Shown: positions 8,945 to 18,426, numbered from the stretch's first letter. The stretch: 57,490 bases of DNA from an uncultured Hymenobacter sp. (GCA_964514915.1 CAZERY010000001.1:1-57490), one strand, 5' to 3'. Program-made: numbers and translations. Notes: generated by a model from the sequence alone, not told the origin.

Positions 8945-10423
8945 ATGCCCCACGCAGTAGTAATTGGCGCCGGTTTTGCCGGCTTGTCGGCCGCCAGCAC
9001 CCTAGCCCAGGCCGGCTGGCAAGTAACGCTGCTGGAGAAGAATACCGGCCCTGGTGGCCGCGCGCGGGTGTTTGAGGCCGAGGGCTTTACCTTCGATATG
9101 GGCCCTAGCTGGTACTGGATGCCGGGCGTGTTTGACCAGTATTTTGCAAAGTTTGGCAAGAAGGTAAGCGACTATTACGAGCTGGTGCGCCTTGACCCCT
9201 CATACCAGGTTATTTTCGAAGGCGACGACGCGGTGAATATCCCCGCGGGCCTGCCCGAGTTGCGCCAGCTTTTCGAAAGTCTGGAGCCCGGTAGCGCGGC
9301 CCGGCTCGATGAGTTTCTGGCCCAGGCCAAGTACAAGTACGAGGTCGGCATCAACAAATTTGTGCACCTGCCCAGCCGCTCGGTTACCGAGTTTATCGAC
9401 TGGGAAATTGTGAAGGGCGCCGTGCGGCTCGACCTGCTGCAAAGCATGGCCAAGCACGCGCGCAAGTTTTTTAGCCATCCCAAGCTGCTCAAGCTCATTG
9501 AGTTTCCGGTCTTGTTTCTGGGTGCCACGCCCGAGAACACGCCCGCGCTTTATTCGCTCATGAACTACGCCGACCTGGCGCTGGGCACCTGGTACCCCAA
9601 GGGCGGCATGCACCAGATAGTGCGCGGCCTGGTGGCCGTGGCCGAGGAGCTAGGCGTGCGCATCGAGTACAACCAAGAAGTACGGGAAATCGTGGTCGAG
9701 AAAGGCCACGCGACCGGCGTACGCACCGCCGCGGGCTTCTTTCCGGCCGATGCGGTGGTGGCGGGCGCCGATTACCACCACATCGAGCAGCAGGTGCTAC
9801 AGCCCGAGTATCGCCACTACTCGCCCGAGTACTGGGACACGCGCACGATGGCGCCGTCGTCGCTGCTTTTTTACTTGGGTGTAAAGCGCAAGCTGGCTAA
9901 GCTACAGCACCACAACTTGTTTTTTGACGAGGATTTTAGCCAGCACGCCCACGAGATCTATGAAGCGCCGCAGTGGCCCAGCCGGCCGCTATTTTACGCC
10001 TCGGTGCCCAGCAAAACCGACCCTACGGTAGCCCCCACGGGCCAGGAAAACCTGTTTTTGCTCGTTCCGGTAGCGCCCAATCTGGACGACCCTGACGCCA
10101 CCCGCGAAAAATATTATAACCTATTGATGGATAGGCTTGAAAAGCACTGCGGCCATTCCATCCGCGATGCAGTCGTGTACAAGCGCAGCTATGCCCACCG
10201 CGACTTTGTGGCCGATTATCACTCGTTTAAAGGCAATGCCTACGGGCTAGCCAACACGCTCAAGCAGACGGCTATTCTCAAGCCCACGCTTAAGAGCAAA
10301 AAGGTTGATAACTTGTATTTTACGGGGCAACTTACGGTGCCGGGCCCGGGCGTACCGCCCTCTCTCATCTCGGGGCAGGTAGTGGCGGGAGAATTACTGA
10401 AGGAAATTAAGAACCGGGCATGA
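8945..10423 (+). CDS. crtI: Phytoene desaturase
   Basis: VIGAGFAGL FAD motif, GFTFDMGPSWYWMP, YPKGGM, NLYFTGQLTVPGPGVPPSLISG. Confidence 0.95.
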   Translation: MPHAVVIGAGFAGLSAASTLAQAGWQVTLLEKNTGPGGRARVFEAEGFTFDMGPSWYWMPGVFDQYFAKFGKKVSDYYELVRLDPSYQVIFEGDDAVNIPAGLPELRQLFESLEPGSAARLDEFLAQAKYKYEVGINKFVHLPSRSVTEFIDWEIVKGAVRLDLLQSMAKHARKFFSHPKLLKLIEFPVLFLGATPENTPALYSLMNYADLALGTWYPKGGMHQIVRGLVAVAEELGVRIEYNQEVREIVVEKGHATGVRTAAGFFPADAVVAGADYHHIEQQVLQPEYRHYSPEYWDTRTMAPSSLLFYLGVKRKLAKLQHHNLFFDEDFSQHAHEIYEAPQWPSRPLFYASVPSKTDPTVAPTGQENLFLLVPVAPNLDDPDATREKYYNLLMDRLEKHCGHSIRDAVVYKRSYAHRDFVADYHSFKGNAYGLANTLKQTAILKPTLKSKKVDNLYFTGQLTVPGPGVPPSLISGQVVAGELLKEIKNRA

Positions 10424-11259
10424 ACCACGAGCAGCTATTCACCGATACCAGTTTAGCCTGTGCGCAGCTCATTACGCGACGCTACAGCACATCGTTCTCG
10501 CTGGGAATCCGCACGTTGGACAAGAGCTTGCACCGGGCTATTTATGCTATCTATGGCTTCGTGCGCTGGGCCGATGAGATTGTGGATACCTTTCATAGCC
10601 ACGACAAGGCGACGCTGCTTGCCACCTTCGAGCACGATACCTACGCGGCCATTGCGGTGCGCTTTAGCCTAAACCCAGTGTTGCACGCCTTTCAGTGGGC
10701 CGTGAATGAGTACGAGATTGACCACGAGTTCATTAATGCTTTTTTACGCAGCATGGAAATGGATCTCGAAGACCGTAACTACCGCCAGGAGCTGTACGAA
10801 AAGTACATCTACGGCTCGGCCGAAGTAGTGGGCCTAATGTGCCTGCGCGTATTTTGCCACCGACAGCCGGCGTTGTTTGTGCAGCTTCAAGCGCCGGCGC
10901 GCCGGCTGGGGGCGGCATTCCAAAAGGTTAATTTTCTGCGTGATATCCGCTCCGATTATGAAGAGCGGGGGCGCGTCTACTTTCCGGGCCTGCGCTACGA
11001 GCAGTTCGATAATGAGTCCAAGCGTCAGATCGAAGCCGATATTAAAGCCGATTTTGAGGCGGCCTACGTGGGCATTCAGCAATTGCCACGCTCGGCGCGA
11101 CTCGGCGTGTATTTGGCTTATGTGTACTACCTCAAGCTGTTTTATAAGCTGCGCCAGGCCCCGGCTACTCAGGTACTGGCCGAGCGCGTGCGCCTGCCCG
11201 ACAATACCAAGCTGCTGCTGCTGCTGAGCTCGTGGCTGCGCTACCGCATCACCAACTAA
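10420..11259 (+). CDS. crtB: Phytoene synthase
   Basis: YSTSFS, IYGFVR.ADEIVD, YIYGSAEVVGLMCL, FQKVNFLRD, GRVYFP; ATGA overlap with crtI. Confidence 0.95.
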   Translation: MNHEQLFTDTSLACAQLITRRYSTSFSLGIRTLDKSLHRAIYAIYGFVRWADEIVDTFHSHDKATLLATFEHDTYAAIAVRFSLNPVLHAFQWAVNEYEIDHEFINAFLRSMEMDLEDRNYRQELYEKYIYGSAEVVGLMCLRVFCHRQPALFVQLQAPARRLGAAFQKVNFLRDIRSDYEERGRVYFPGLRYEQFDNESKRQIEADIKADFEAAYVGIQQLPRSARLGVYLAYVYYLKLFYKLRQAPATQVLAERVRLPDNTKLLLLLSSWLRYRITN

Positions 11260-11303
11260 GTGAGGTTGCCCGAACCTCTGCGGGGCCCGGCCGTAACTTT
11301 AGT

Positions 11304-11897
11304 ATGATTAAGAAGACAGTAGTAATGCTCAGTTTGAGCGTAAGTTCGGGCCATACTAGCTTGGGCAAAAGGATTCCAACGCCTGCTGCGACACTCTCTT
11401 TCGTATTACCTTTTTCCTCTATTCGCCCGATGGCTGATTATCTGCCTGCCACCCTGCGCCGCCACTACGAGCAAGCCGCTGCTGATAAGGCCGCTGGTGA
11501 AAAATTCTACAACTTGCTGCACGACTATCAGCAGCAGGATGCCTTGGTGCTGGGGTATAAGGCCGCTTCCGAGGCTATTAAGGCTCGTGATGCTTCGATG
11601 CTCAACAAGCTGACGTACGTGCAGCAAGCCGCCCGCACCTTCGACCAGGCGGTAGAGCTAGACGGTACTAGCGCCGAAATTCGCTTCCTGCGTTTTTCGG
11701 TGGAAAGTAATCTGCCGGCCTTCCTAGGCCTGAGCAAGCATCTGGAAGAGGATAAAGAATTTTTGCTGAATGCTGCCCTGCAACACCCCCGCTCGGGCAT
11801 GGACGAAGAGGCTTTTCGGACAGTGCGCGGTTTTTTAGTAGATCGCCGGCACGTGTCGGCCGCAGAAGCAGAACAGCTAGCCCAGATAAAAAGCTAA
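11304..11897 (+). CDS. Hypothetical helical (TPR-like) protein within the crt cluster; alternative start at 11430
   Basis: Coding-like ORF between crtB and ispH with EIRFLRFSVESNLP.FLG motif. Confidence 0.7.
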   Translation: MIKKTVVMLSLSVSSGHTSLGKRIPTPAATLSFVLPFSSIRPMADYLPATLRRHYEQAAADKAAGEKFYNLLHDYQQQDALVLGYKAASEAIKARDASMLNKLTYVQQAARTFDQAVELDGTSAEIRFLRFSVESNLPAFLGLSKHLEEDKEFLLNAALQHPRSGMDEEAFRTVRGFLVDRRHVSAAEAEQLAQIKS

Positions 11898-12055
11898 TAA
11901 TTGTCTGGTCGCTAGCTGCAGCTAAAAGGCTGAAGCTTATTGAAACAGTAAAATTGTGCGCGACGAATTAGAGATTTTTAATTCTGTAGCTGGCCTGGGC
12001 TAAAATACTGGCTTGTAGGTAACCTTGGTTGTGACTTCGGAGTTAGATTCTTAGT

Positions 12056-12910
12056 ATGCACTCTGGTTTGCACCTCAACGTTCGCATTGATTCTAATTCC
12101 GGCTTCTGCTTCGGAGTGGTTTACGCTATTCAGATGGCGGAGGACTTGCTTGCTGAGCAAGGTCATCTCTATTGCTTAGGTGATATTGTGCACAACGATG
12201 AGGAAGTACAGCGCTTAGAAGCCCAAGGCTTGCGCATAATTGACTACGAGCAACTCGCAGTGCTACGCGATGAGACCGTGCTCATCCGGGCACACGGCGA
12301 GCCTCCTAGCACCTACCAACGTGCGCTCGAAAACAACCTTACGCTGATTGATGCCAGCTGTCCAGTAGTGCTCAAGCTGCAAAACCGTATTAAAGCCAGC
12401 TTCGACCGGCACGAAAAAATCCTGATTTATGGCAAGCATGGCCACGCCGAAGTGCGGGGCTTGTTAGGGCAAACGGGGGGCGAAGCTATTGTATTTGAGA
12501 ACTTGGAGGAACTGCTACGTCATAATTTGCCCAGTAGCGTCACGCTGTATAGCCAAACAACCAAGAGCACCGACTCATTCTACAACCTGAAGCGAGAATT
12601 GGAAAGCCGCGGCTACGCTGTGAACGCCAACGACACTATTTGCCGCCAAGTGAGCAACCGTAACCAGGATTTGCGGCGCTTTGCGACGCAGTTTGACCAG
12701 ATAGTTTTTGTGTCGGGTACCAAAAGTTCGAACGGGCGACTGCTATACCAAGTATGCAAGGAAGCTAACCCGCAGACGCACTTCGTATCGCGTCCTAGCG
12801 AGCTTACGGCCGCTTGGTTTGTGCCGGGCCAGTCGGTGGGCATTTGCGGGGCCACCAGCACGCCCATGTGGCTGATGGAGCAGGCGCGCGACGAGCTAGT
12901 GCGGTTTTAG
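12056..12910 (+). CDS. ispH: 4-hydroxy-3-methylbut-2-enyl diphosphate reductase
   Basis: SGFCFGV, IVHN, IRAHG, DASCP.V, HAEV.G, SQTT, DTIC, SSN, G.CGATSTP. Confidence 0.96.
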   Translation: MHSGLHLNVRIDSNSGFCFGVVYAIQMAEDLLAEQGHLYCLGDIVHNDEEVQRLEAQGLRIIDYEQLAVLRDETVLIRAHGEPPSTYQRALENNLTLIDASCPVVLKLQNRIKASFDRHEKILIYGKHGHAEVRGLLGQTGGEAIVFENLEELLRHNLPSSVTLYSQTTKSTDSFYNLKRELESRGYAVNANDTICRQVSNRNQDLRRFATQFDQIVFVSGTKSSNGRLLYQVCKEANPQTHFVSRPSELTAAWFVPGQSVGICGATSTPMWLMEQARDELVRF

Positions 12911-12993
12911 CTCCTCCTGCTTAGTCGGGCAAGACCTGGCAGCGGCTTCTGCGCAAGTAAACTCTATTCGTGGTTTAGCGGTTTACCAACCCG

Positions 12994-13728
12994 ATGCCTA
13001 CCCTCCATTCTACCGTTGCTGATGCCCCCCGAGTGGCTCCTGCGCCGCTAGCTGGCAAAGGCGTGGTGGCGGCAGTAGCGATCATCGCGGCTTGGGCCGG
13101 GCTGCTGGCTTTCTTGCTGGCGCGCTACCAGCCCGACTGGCACTCGCCCGCGCCGTACTTGCTGGTGTTGCTGCAAACTCACTTATACACTGGGCTTTAT
13201 ATCACGGGGCACGATGCGATGCACGGCGTGGTGAGCCCCAATAAGCATCTGAATAATGCGCTGGGTACGATGGCCACGCTGTTGTTTGCCTACAATTGGT
13301 TTCCGCGTCAGCTGCCCAAGCACCACGACCACCATCGCCACGTGGGTACCGAAGCCGATCCTGATTTTCACTCTGCCGACCACCCGGGCTTCTTGCCCTG
13401 GCTGGCCCGCTTCGCCTGGAACTATGTGACCTGGTGGCAGGTGCTGCTAATGGCGGTGACCTACAACGTACTGAAGCTGTATTTTCCGCCGGCCAATGTC
13501 ATTGCTTTTTGGATGGTGCCGGCGGTGCTTGCCACGTTGCAGCTGTTTTTCTTCGGTACCTATTTGCCGCATCGCGGTGAGCACGAGGCCGACAACCACC
13601 ACAAATCGCGCAGCCAGCTGCGCCACCACGTGTGGGCTTTTGTGAGCTGCTACTTTTTTGGCTACCACTACGAGCACCACGATCAGCCTTATTTGCCGTG
13701 GTGGCGCTTGTGGAAGGCTAAAGCCTGA
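12994..13728 (+). CDS. crtW: Beta-carotene ketolase (fatty acid desaturase family)
   Basis: LYTGLYITGHDAMHG, KHHDHHRH.GT..DPDF, QLFFFGTYLPHR, CYFFGYHYEHH..P..PWW.L. Confidence 0.88.
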   Translation: MPTLHSTVADAPRVAPAPLAGKGVVAAVAIIAAWAGLLAFLLARYQPDWHSPAPYLLVLLQTHLYTGLYITGHDAMHGVVSPNKHLNNALGTMATLLFAYNWFPRQLPKHHDHHRHVGTEADPDFHSADHPGFLPWLARFAWNYVTWWQVLLMAVTYNVLKLYFPPANVIAFWMVPAVLATLQLFFFGTYLPHRGEHEADNHHKSRSQLRHHVWAFVSCYFFGYHYEHHDQPYLPWWRLWKAKA

Positions 13729-13731
13729 CCG

Positions 13732-13767
13732 CGGATTTATCGGATTCTTCGGATTACTCGGATTTTG
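13732..13767 (+). repeat. Four tandem 9-bp units CGGATTNNN
   Basis: CGGATTTAT CGGATTCTT CGGATTACT CGGATTTTG. Confidence 0.75.
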
Positions 13768-13775
13768 TGGGCGTT

Positions 13776-13808
13776 GAAAAGGCCGCCTACTGGGCGGCCT
13801 TTCTTTTT
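13776..13808 (+). terminator. Rho-independent terminator after crtW, probably bidirectional
   Basis: AAAGGCCGCCT-ACT-GGGCGGCCTTT plus T run, between convergent genes. Confidence 0.8.
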
Positions 13809-13896
13809 GGCTGGGGAAGGCTTTTTGTGCGAGCATCAATTATAAAATCTGGGACGCCCATTGGCCGTTTTGTAAGATACTATTTATCAGAAAAAA

Positions 13897-13932
13897 AGCT
13901 GATAGCTAGTAGCTAGCCGCTAATGGCTAACT
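13897..13932. repeat. Degenerate 7-bp tandem array
   Basis: AGCTGAT AGCTAGT AGCTAGC CGCTAAT GGCTAAC; a near-identical array lies at 38296-38330. Confidence 0.6.
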
Positions 13933-13934
13933 AT

Positions 13935-14309
13935 TTAGTGGGTGCCAGCGGTTTTTTTGCAGCACTCGGGTAGGCGGTCGTAGGCGCGGGCATCGGCGGT
14001 AAGCTGGTCGGCGTCGTAGCCGGTCTTTTGCACGGCGGTGCGCAGGGCTTCGGGGTTGGTCTTGGTGGGGTTGTAGGTAACGGTCAGGACCTTGCTGGGC
14101 ACGTCGAGGTTGGCAGCCTGCACGCCTTTTTCGTAGGCCAGGCTTTTTTCGAGGCGCGCCTTGCACATGTCGCACACGGCCGAGGTCTTGAACTGCACTG
14201 TTTCGGCGCTTTTTTTGGGGCTGGCGGTAGCTATGGGGGCGGTTTGGGCCTGGGCAGCAGTGCCGGCAAAGCTCAGCAGGGTGAGCAAGGAGAATGCGAA
14301 AGCTTTCAT
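13935..14309 (-). CDS. Secreted heavy-metal-associated (HMA) domain protein
   Basis: Signal peptide; SAVCDMCKARLEK CxxC motif; C-terminal AYDRLPECCK. Confidence 0.9.
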   Translation of the reverse strand: MKAFAFSLLTLLSFAGTAAQAQTAPIATASPKKSAETVQFKTSAVCDMCKARLEKSLAYEKGVQAANLDVPSKVLTVTYNPTKTNPEALRTAVQKTGYDADQLTADARAYDRLPECCKKTAGTH

Positions 14310-14443
14310 GAAAACAAAACGGTTAGGAAGAGTAAATAAGTGCAAAAGAGCGAAGCTTTCAAGGTCAATGGGTCGACTCTATTCTAAAGTCAACAAAGGA
14401 AAACCTAGCGAAACCTCTTTCAACCTGGCGAAACCTAGTGCTC

Positions 14444-16750
14444 CTACTCCAGGCGGTAGCGTAGGCCAGCATAAGTCAGGCGCCCATATATCGGGCCCCA
14501 CACCATGGCCGCGTCGAAGCCCGCGCTAAACGGCGTAGCAGCGTCCTGAATGGGGTTGGGCTGGCGGTAATTGCTGAGGTTTTCGACGCCCACGTACACC
14601 TCCAGGCGCTTGAAGGCGCGAGTGACCTGGGCATTGAGCAAGGCGTAGCGGGGCGCGTATTCGAGGCCGGCGGTGCCGGTGCCGTGCACGTGGCCGCCGC
14701 CGATGCCATCGGCGGGCAAGTGGGCTAGCGGGCGCTCGCCAAACCACTGCACCGTGAGGTCGCCGCGCCACTTATCGAAGGCCGAGGCGTAGCCCAGGTT
14801 CAGGAAAGCGCGGTTTTGGGGCGTGAGGGGCTTGGGCAGCAGCTGGCCGTCGTAGGTGCTCTGCACGTCGAGCCACTTGTAGGCGGCTTTCACTTGCAGG
14901 CCCTTGGCGGGCTCGGCCTGCACCTCGGCCTGGGCGCTGCGGGCGTACGACCGGGCACCGGGCGCGAGGTTATCCAGGATGATGTACTGCGGCTGGGTGT
15001 ACATATCAGCCACCAGCTGGTTTTGGAAGATCGTGCTGTAGTAATCAGCCACGAGCGTAGCCGGCCGGCTCCACAGCTGGAAGTACTGCGTAAACGAGCC
15101 GCCCACGTTCCAGGCAGTTTCGGGGCGCAGATTGGGGGCGATGAAGAAGCTGCGGGCGCTGGCTAGCACGGCCGCATTGTCGGCGATGGGGTTGGGCACC
15201 CGGAAGCCGCGGCCGGCCGACAGCCGCACCGAGCTCGCCGGCGCCACGTCGTACTTAAGGTTGAAGCGCGGCGTGACTTGCCAGCCGTAGAGGTTGTGGT
15301 AGTCGGTGCGCAGGCCCAGCGCGGCCGTGAGGTTGTGGGCGTTGTTGTAGGTGTATTCGGCGAAGGCGCCGGGCACGCGCTCGGTGCGCAGGCGGTCGAG
15401 GCGAGCGGCCACAATCTCGGGCGAGCCGATGCGCAGGCGCTCGCGGTAGTCATCGTACAAGAAGCTCAGGCCGGTGCGGTAGGTGTGGCGGGTGTCACCT
15501 ATCACGCTCTGAAAGAGCAGCGTAGCCTGGCCGGTGTTCTGGTGGCCGTCGTAGAAGCGCGGCCCGGCATCCTGCTTGAAAGAGTAGGTCGAGGTAAAAT
15601 CGTGGCTGGTGCCATTTACCAGCAGGCCCAGGCTTTGGAAAGGCCGGCCGGGCCAAGTATAGGAAGTACGCGCCTGGGCCGTGTAGCGGTCGGTGGTCTG
15701 GGTGGTGCCGTAGGCGGCGCGGTAGGCGTCGGGCGCATCTTCGCGAAAGCTGAGCTGGCCACCCTGGCGGGTTTCGTGGAGGGCGCCCACGCCCAGCTCG
15801 GCCACCACGCCGCCCGATTTATACTTCACCTTATCGTAGCCGTTGAACTGGGTGGCGAGCGGCAGGTCGAGGAAGCCATCGCCGTTGCGGTCCACGCGGT
15901 TGCCGAGGTGGTCGTTGTGCAGCAGTAGCACGTTGCTCCACTGCTTGTTGAAGCGCTGGGAAGCCACGGCGTTCAAGTCAAATTTGCCAAGGTCGTTGGC
16001 GTAGGCATTGAGCAGTAGCTGGTCGGTGAGGTCGGGCTCCTTGAGCTGCACATTCACCTGGCCCGAAATACCTTCGTAGCCATTCACCACCGAGCCGGTA
16101 CCCTTGATGATGTCGATGCTGCCAATCCAGGGGCCCGCCAGATACCCTAGCCGGTAGGGCGCCGAGAGGCCGCGCAGGGCCGGCTGGTTGTCGATGGTAA
16201 GCAGCGAATACGCCCCATCGAGCCCCAGCAATTGAATCTGCTTGGCCCCGCTCACGGCGTCGGCGGTGCTTACCTCCACGGCGGCGTTGGTTTCGAAGCT
16301 TTCGGCCAGGTTGCAGCACGCCGACTTGGTAAGGTCGCGGGCGCTGATGGTTTGTAAATTACTCACCGCCTTGGCCGAGTAGGCAGGCGGCCGGCCGGTC
16401 ACGGTGACCTCACCCAGCGCGGTGCCGCCTTTAAGATTGACGCGCAAATAAGGAGTGCCAGTAGTGGGTACGGCCACCGTATCGGCGGCGTAGCCCACGG
16501 CGCTCACGATGACGCGGTGGCTGGCCTGGGCCGGGAATGGCAAGACAAATACGCCCCCGCCATCGGTAGTAGCCACGGGGCCGTTGGCCCCACCGGGCAG
16601 CAGCCAGCGCACCACAGCGCCGGGGAGCGGCCCGCTAGCTTCGCGCACTTCGCCGCGCACAGCCGCGCCACTTTGGGCGTGGGCCAGTAGCGGCAGGCTA
16701 GCCAGTAAGAACAGGCTTAAACGCGGGGTACTCCCGCTGGTAAATTGCAT
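14444..16750 (-). CDS. TonB-dependent receptor with Cys-Cys plug motif (probable metal substrate)
   Basis: Signal peptide, carboxypeptidase-regulatory-like N-domain, KSACCNLAESFETN, IDIIKGTGSVVNG, L.PE.AWN, C-terminal YAGLRY. Confidence 0.93.
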   Translation of the reverse strand: MQFTSGSTPRLSLFLLASLPLLAHAQSGAAVRGEVREASGPLPGAVVRWLLPGGANGPVATTDGGGVFVLPFPAQASHRVIVSAVGYAADTVAVPTTGTPYLRVNLKGGTALGEVTVTGRPPAYSAKAVSNLQTISARDLTKSACCNLAESFETNAAVEVSTADAVSGAKQIQLLGLDGAYSLLTIDNQPALRGLSAPYRLGYLAGPWIGSIDIIKGTGSVVNGYEGISGQVNVQLKEPDLTDQLLLNAYANDLGKFDLNAVASQRFNKQWSNVLLLHNDHLGNRVDRNGDGFLDLPLATQFNGYDKVKYKSGGVVAELGVGALHETRQGGQLSFREDAPDAYRAAYGTTQTTDRYTAQARTSYTWPGRPFQSLGLLVNGTSHDFTSTYSFKQDAGPRFYDGHQNTGQATLLFQSVIGDTRHTYRTGLSFLYDDYRERLRIGSPEIVAARLDRLRTERVPGAFAEYTYNNAHNLTAALGLRTDYHNLYGWQVTPRFNLKYDVAPASSVRLSAGRGFRVPNPIADNAAVLASARSFFIAPNLRPETAWNVGGSFTQYFQLWSRPATLVADYYSTIFQNQLVADMYTQPQYIILDNLAPGARSYARSAQAEVQAEPAKGLQVKAAYKWLDVQSTYDGQLLPKPLTPQNRAFLNLGYASAFDKWRGDLTVQWFGERPLAHLPADGIGGGHVHGTGTAGLEYAPRYALLNAQVTRAFKRLEVYVGVENLSNYRQPNPIQDAATPFSAGFDAAMVWGPIYGRLTYAGLRYRLE

Positions 16751-16826
16751 ATGGTCGAGAAGTTAGCTGGTTTCTGAAAAAGGAAATCCTGGCCTCCATA
16801 AAGGAGGCTGGCTTTTTTAGAAGCGG

Positions 16827-17300
16827 CTAAACGACAAGCTTGCAAACAAGCGTGAGCAGCACGCGCCCCGCCCTGAGTGCGCCGGGTGACGACGAGTTGG
16901 TGGCCGTGCCCATGGCCACGCTGGCGGCTAGCGGCGCCGCAAGCTCAGGGCTACTCCACACCGGCGCGGGCAGCCAGGCTGGTGGCCCAAATTGCGGCGG
17001 GCTGGGCAGCCACTTGGGGAGGCTAGCGGCCGGCGTCTGGGTATTGAGCTTATGCTGGAAGTGGCTGATGTCGCAGCAACCGCTGGCGCGGCGCTTATTA
17101 CAGGGCCGACCAGGCTTGACCGGCGGTGCGTCAGCTTCCGCGTGGCTGGCCAGGCCGGGCAGCTGTAAGGAAATGGTACTGCGCCCGCTGATGCGGCAGC
17201 GGTGCCGCTCGGCCGTGAGCCCCACCGACGTAGCCAGCACCAACAGCGCCAGCAAGGCGCTGAGCAGGCGGTGGCGGTAGGGGAGGGGACGTGGCAACAT
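16827..17300 (-). CDS. Small HYC_CC_PP-like protein upstream of TonB receptor
   Basis: N-terminal hydrophobic helix, HRC, GCC, Pro-rich tail, LLTLVCKLVV end; first gene of the metal operon. Confidence 0.7.
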   Translation of the reverse strand: MLPRPLPYRHRLLSALLALLVLATSVGLTAERHRCRISGRSTISLQLPGLASHAEADAPPVKPGRPCNKRRASGCCDISHFQHKLNTQTPAASLPKWLPSPPQFGPPAWLPAPVWSSPELAAPLAASVAMGTATNSSSPGALRAGRVLLTLVCKLVV

Positions 17301-17307
17301 AGTTCCA

Positions 17308-17315
17308 CAAAGGTA
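17308..17315 (-). promoter_or_regulatory. -7 element TACCTTTG for the metal operon
   Basis: TAnnTTTG on the minus strand, 7 nt before ATG 17300. Confidence 0.6.
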
Positions 17316-17406
17316 CGGCCCGCTAGCCGGCTACTTACGTGCAAGCTAGCGGGCCACAGGGTATAGAATTTCGGTTGCCTACGCGGTAGAAGGGTTCTGG
17401 CCGGTG

Positions 17407-18354
17407 CTACTTTTTAGCGGCACGCACCTGCTCGTAGGCGAGGCGCTGAAGCTGCACGGCCACCTCGGGCGCGATGCCTAGGTCGGCCGCGGCCTGCTCG
17501 TGGGCGCCGAGCTTACGCGAGTCTTGGCCGGTGACTTCAGCCAGCACCACGCAGGCATTCAGGTAAGCCCCGTAAATGCCGGGGTGGTAGTGGTCGCGGC
17601 CCCAAAGGTCAACTTTGCCCGGCTCGGGCGAGTAGGGGTTAGGTAGCGCCACGCCCTGCCGCACGGCGCGCAGCCAGGCATCGCCCGCTGGCGCTACCCC
17701 GGCAAAATGCTTATTCTGCGCGGCCTCCTGGTAGTAGGCGCGGTGCAGGTCGGCGGCCATCGAGTCGAGGGGCAGGCTCGAATAGGCTTGGCCGGCCGGG
17801 TAGGTGAGGTCGGCGCGGGGCCAGGTTTCGTAGAGGTATACTTGGGCCTGCGGGTTGGCCTGGTGCACGGCCTGCTCGAGGCGGGTAGCGTAGGCGAAGA
17901 AGCGCGCCGGCTGGCCGCCGTGCCGCGTCGGCACCGGCCCGGTGCTGTAGTCGTGCATAATCACCTTATCCCAGCGCGGCTGCTGAATGACGGCCAGCGC
18001 GCTGTCGTAGTGGAACTTTAGCGTTTGCCCGCTGATGGCCTCCAGGTGCACCTCGTAGTGGAGCCCCGACTCATCGGCCAGTTTCTTGAAAATACCCGGA
18101 ATGCCACCCCACGGACCTTCCTCGTGCTCGTACTGGCGGCGCCGCTGACCAGTGCGGTTGGGCTTGAAGTTTTCGTCGGTCACGGCTGCCCGGTTGTAGC
18201 TCAGCACCGGCTGAAAAGCGCCGTGAAAAAAGCTATTGCCCACGAATAGAATGACGATAGGCTTCTTGGCAACCTGGGCGTTCAGCGGTTGGCTTAGCAG
18301 CCCCACGCTCAGGAAGCTAGCTAGGGCAGAACGGAATAAGCGCGGAAGTAGCAT
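17407..18354 (-). CDS. Secreted SGNH-like hydrolase (DUF4886-like)
   Basis: Signal peptide, ILFVGNSF, YETW.R, P.GDAW, DHYHP..YGAYL.A. Confidence 0.72.
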   Translation of the reverse strand: MLLPRLFRSALASFLSVGLLSQPLNAQVAKKPIVILFVGNSFFHGAFQPVLSYNRAAVTDENFKPNRTGQRRRQYEHEEGPWGGIPGIFKKLADESGLHYEVHLEAISGQTLKFHYDSALAVIQQPRWDKVIMHDYSTGPVPTRHGGQPARFFAYATRLEQAVHQANPQAQVYLYETWPRADLTYPAGQAYSSLPLDSMAADLHRAYYQEAAQNKHFAGVAPAGDAWLRAVRQGVALPNPYSPEPGKVDLWGRDHYHPGIYGAYLNACVVLAEVTGQDSRKLGAHEQAAADLGIAPEVAVQLQRLAYEQVRAAKK

Positions 18355-18426
18355 GGCGTAAAGGAAGTAAGGTTAGAATACGAGGGCCGATACGCGTGCT
18401 GGCTGTACCCCAATCCTAACGCCACT

